Positions 63,331-64,000 of a stretch of 64,000 nucleotides of DNA are shown here, one piece after another (the stretch's first letter is position 1; each line of letters starts with the position of its first letter). This DNA is from Blasia pusilla (lineage: Eukaryota). The notes below the pieces were generated by a model. The model was not told the origin of the DNA and searched no databases. It saw only the letters and a list, made by a program, of their open reading frames with translations. The DNA lies in assembly GCA_050084515.1 (NCBI GenBank), contig CM114271.1, positions 9,176,001-9,240,000 of the forward strand, in the 5' to 3' direction. Made by a program: the position numbers and the translations under genes.

Positions 63331-64000
63331 GGCCCATATCTGGCTCCCAAGTCTCCATCGTGACTACGGTAGGACTCTCCGGCGTGGGTATCGGTGGTTG
63401 CTATGGTGCAACCCCGTCTGGAACAACAACACTCGACCACTCTCCTACAGCCAACTGCAAACTCTGATCTCCTCCACGTGCAGTGCCCGAAACCACGCTC
63501 GATGTTGTGGCTATCATCTCCTTGCGTACCTTCAAAACATCCCAAGAAGTCCAAGGGTGTCTCTCCCGATCTCCCTTGGTGCGTAGATCTCCTCGGGTCT
63601 CGCCCCCAGCCACTGCCTCCACCGTCTCGGTAGGCATGGGGCTCACCAACGCAACCGTTGTGATCTGTCGCGATCTCATACGACGCCGCTCACCACTCCC
63701 AGGCGAGGATCCATGTCAAGCAGTTCAGGTCCATCGCCTAACCCAAGACATGGCGTCGTGATGCCTCTGACACTGATGGTACTGCCGTCACTCCTGTGGG
63801 AAATCCCATCGCTTGCTCTCTCTTGTCGGCGTTGGGCTCCACCAACCGCTGAACCTGGTCATCCCAAAACCAAGCCAGGACCGGCCTCCTTGTATGCATA
63901 GGAAGCGGAAAACTCACAACGTGGGCAAGGCGCCCGCGCCTGGCTTACCTCACTGTTGACTACGGTCGGTGGTGGTCGATCATCGTGCCTCACCGTCTGT

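Noticed and set aside
53199-64000. Calling the split-repeat element a DIRS/Ngaro tyrosine-recombinase retrotransposon
   Set aside because: No recombinase motifs are visible. The RT and integrase tail are Gypsy-like and a 4-bp TSD is present.

Overview
Eukaryotic, probably non-seed plant (inference), transposon nest with no clear intact host gene. It has three parts. (1) About 10.4-50.4 kb is nested, deleted and inverted copies of one large Mutator-like (MULE) DNA transposon family. One copy (24532-35519, ~11 kb, internally deleted) has both termini and a 9-bp TSD. The element carries two divergent intron-containing genes: a GCM/WRKY-like + MULE DDE + SWIM transposase, and a cargo gene fusing a ParB/Srx-like domain to a beta-class N6A/N4C amino-methyltransferase-like domain. 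Its introns and intergenic region hold dozens of copies of a 27-bp palindrome, GCAACCCGTCG-N5-CGACGGGTTGC. This is the best candidate for an undescribed system. (2) Several degenerate Ty3/Gypsy elements occupy the flanks. (3) One Gypsy-like element with a C-terminal PHD finger appears to have split direct repeats (A1...B1-A2-B2) rather than ordinary LTRs. Two inversions can be reconstructed from flipped TSDs. All coding copies are disrupted or truncated. Domain calls are by-eye motif recognition and were not confirmed by any search.
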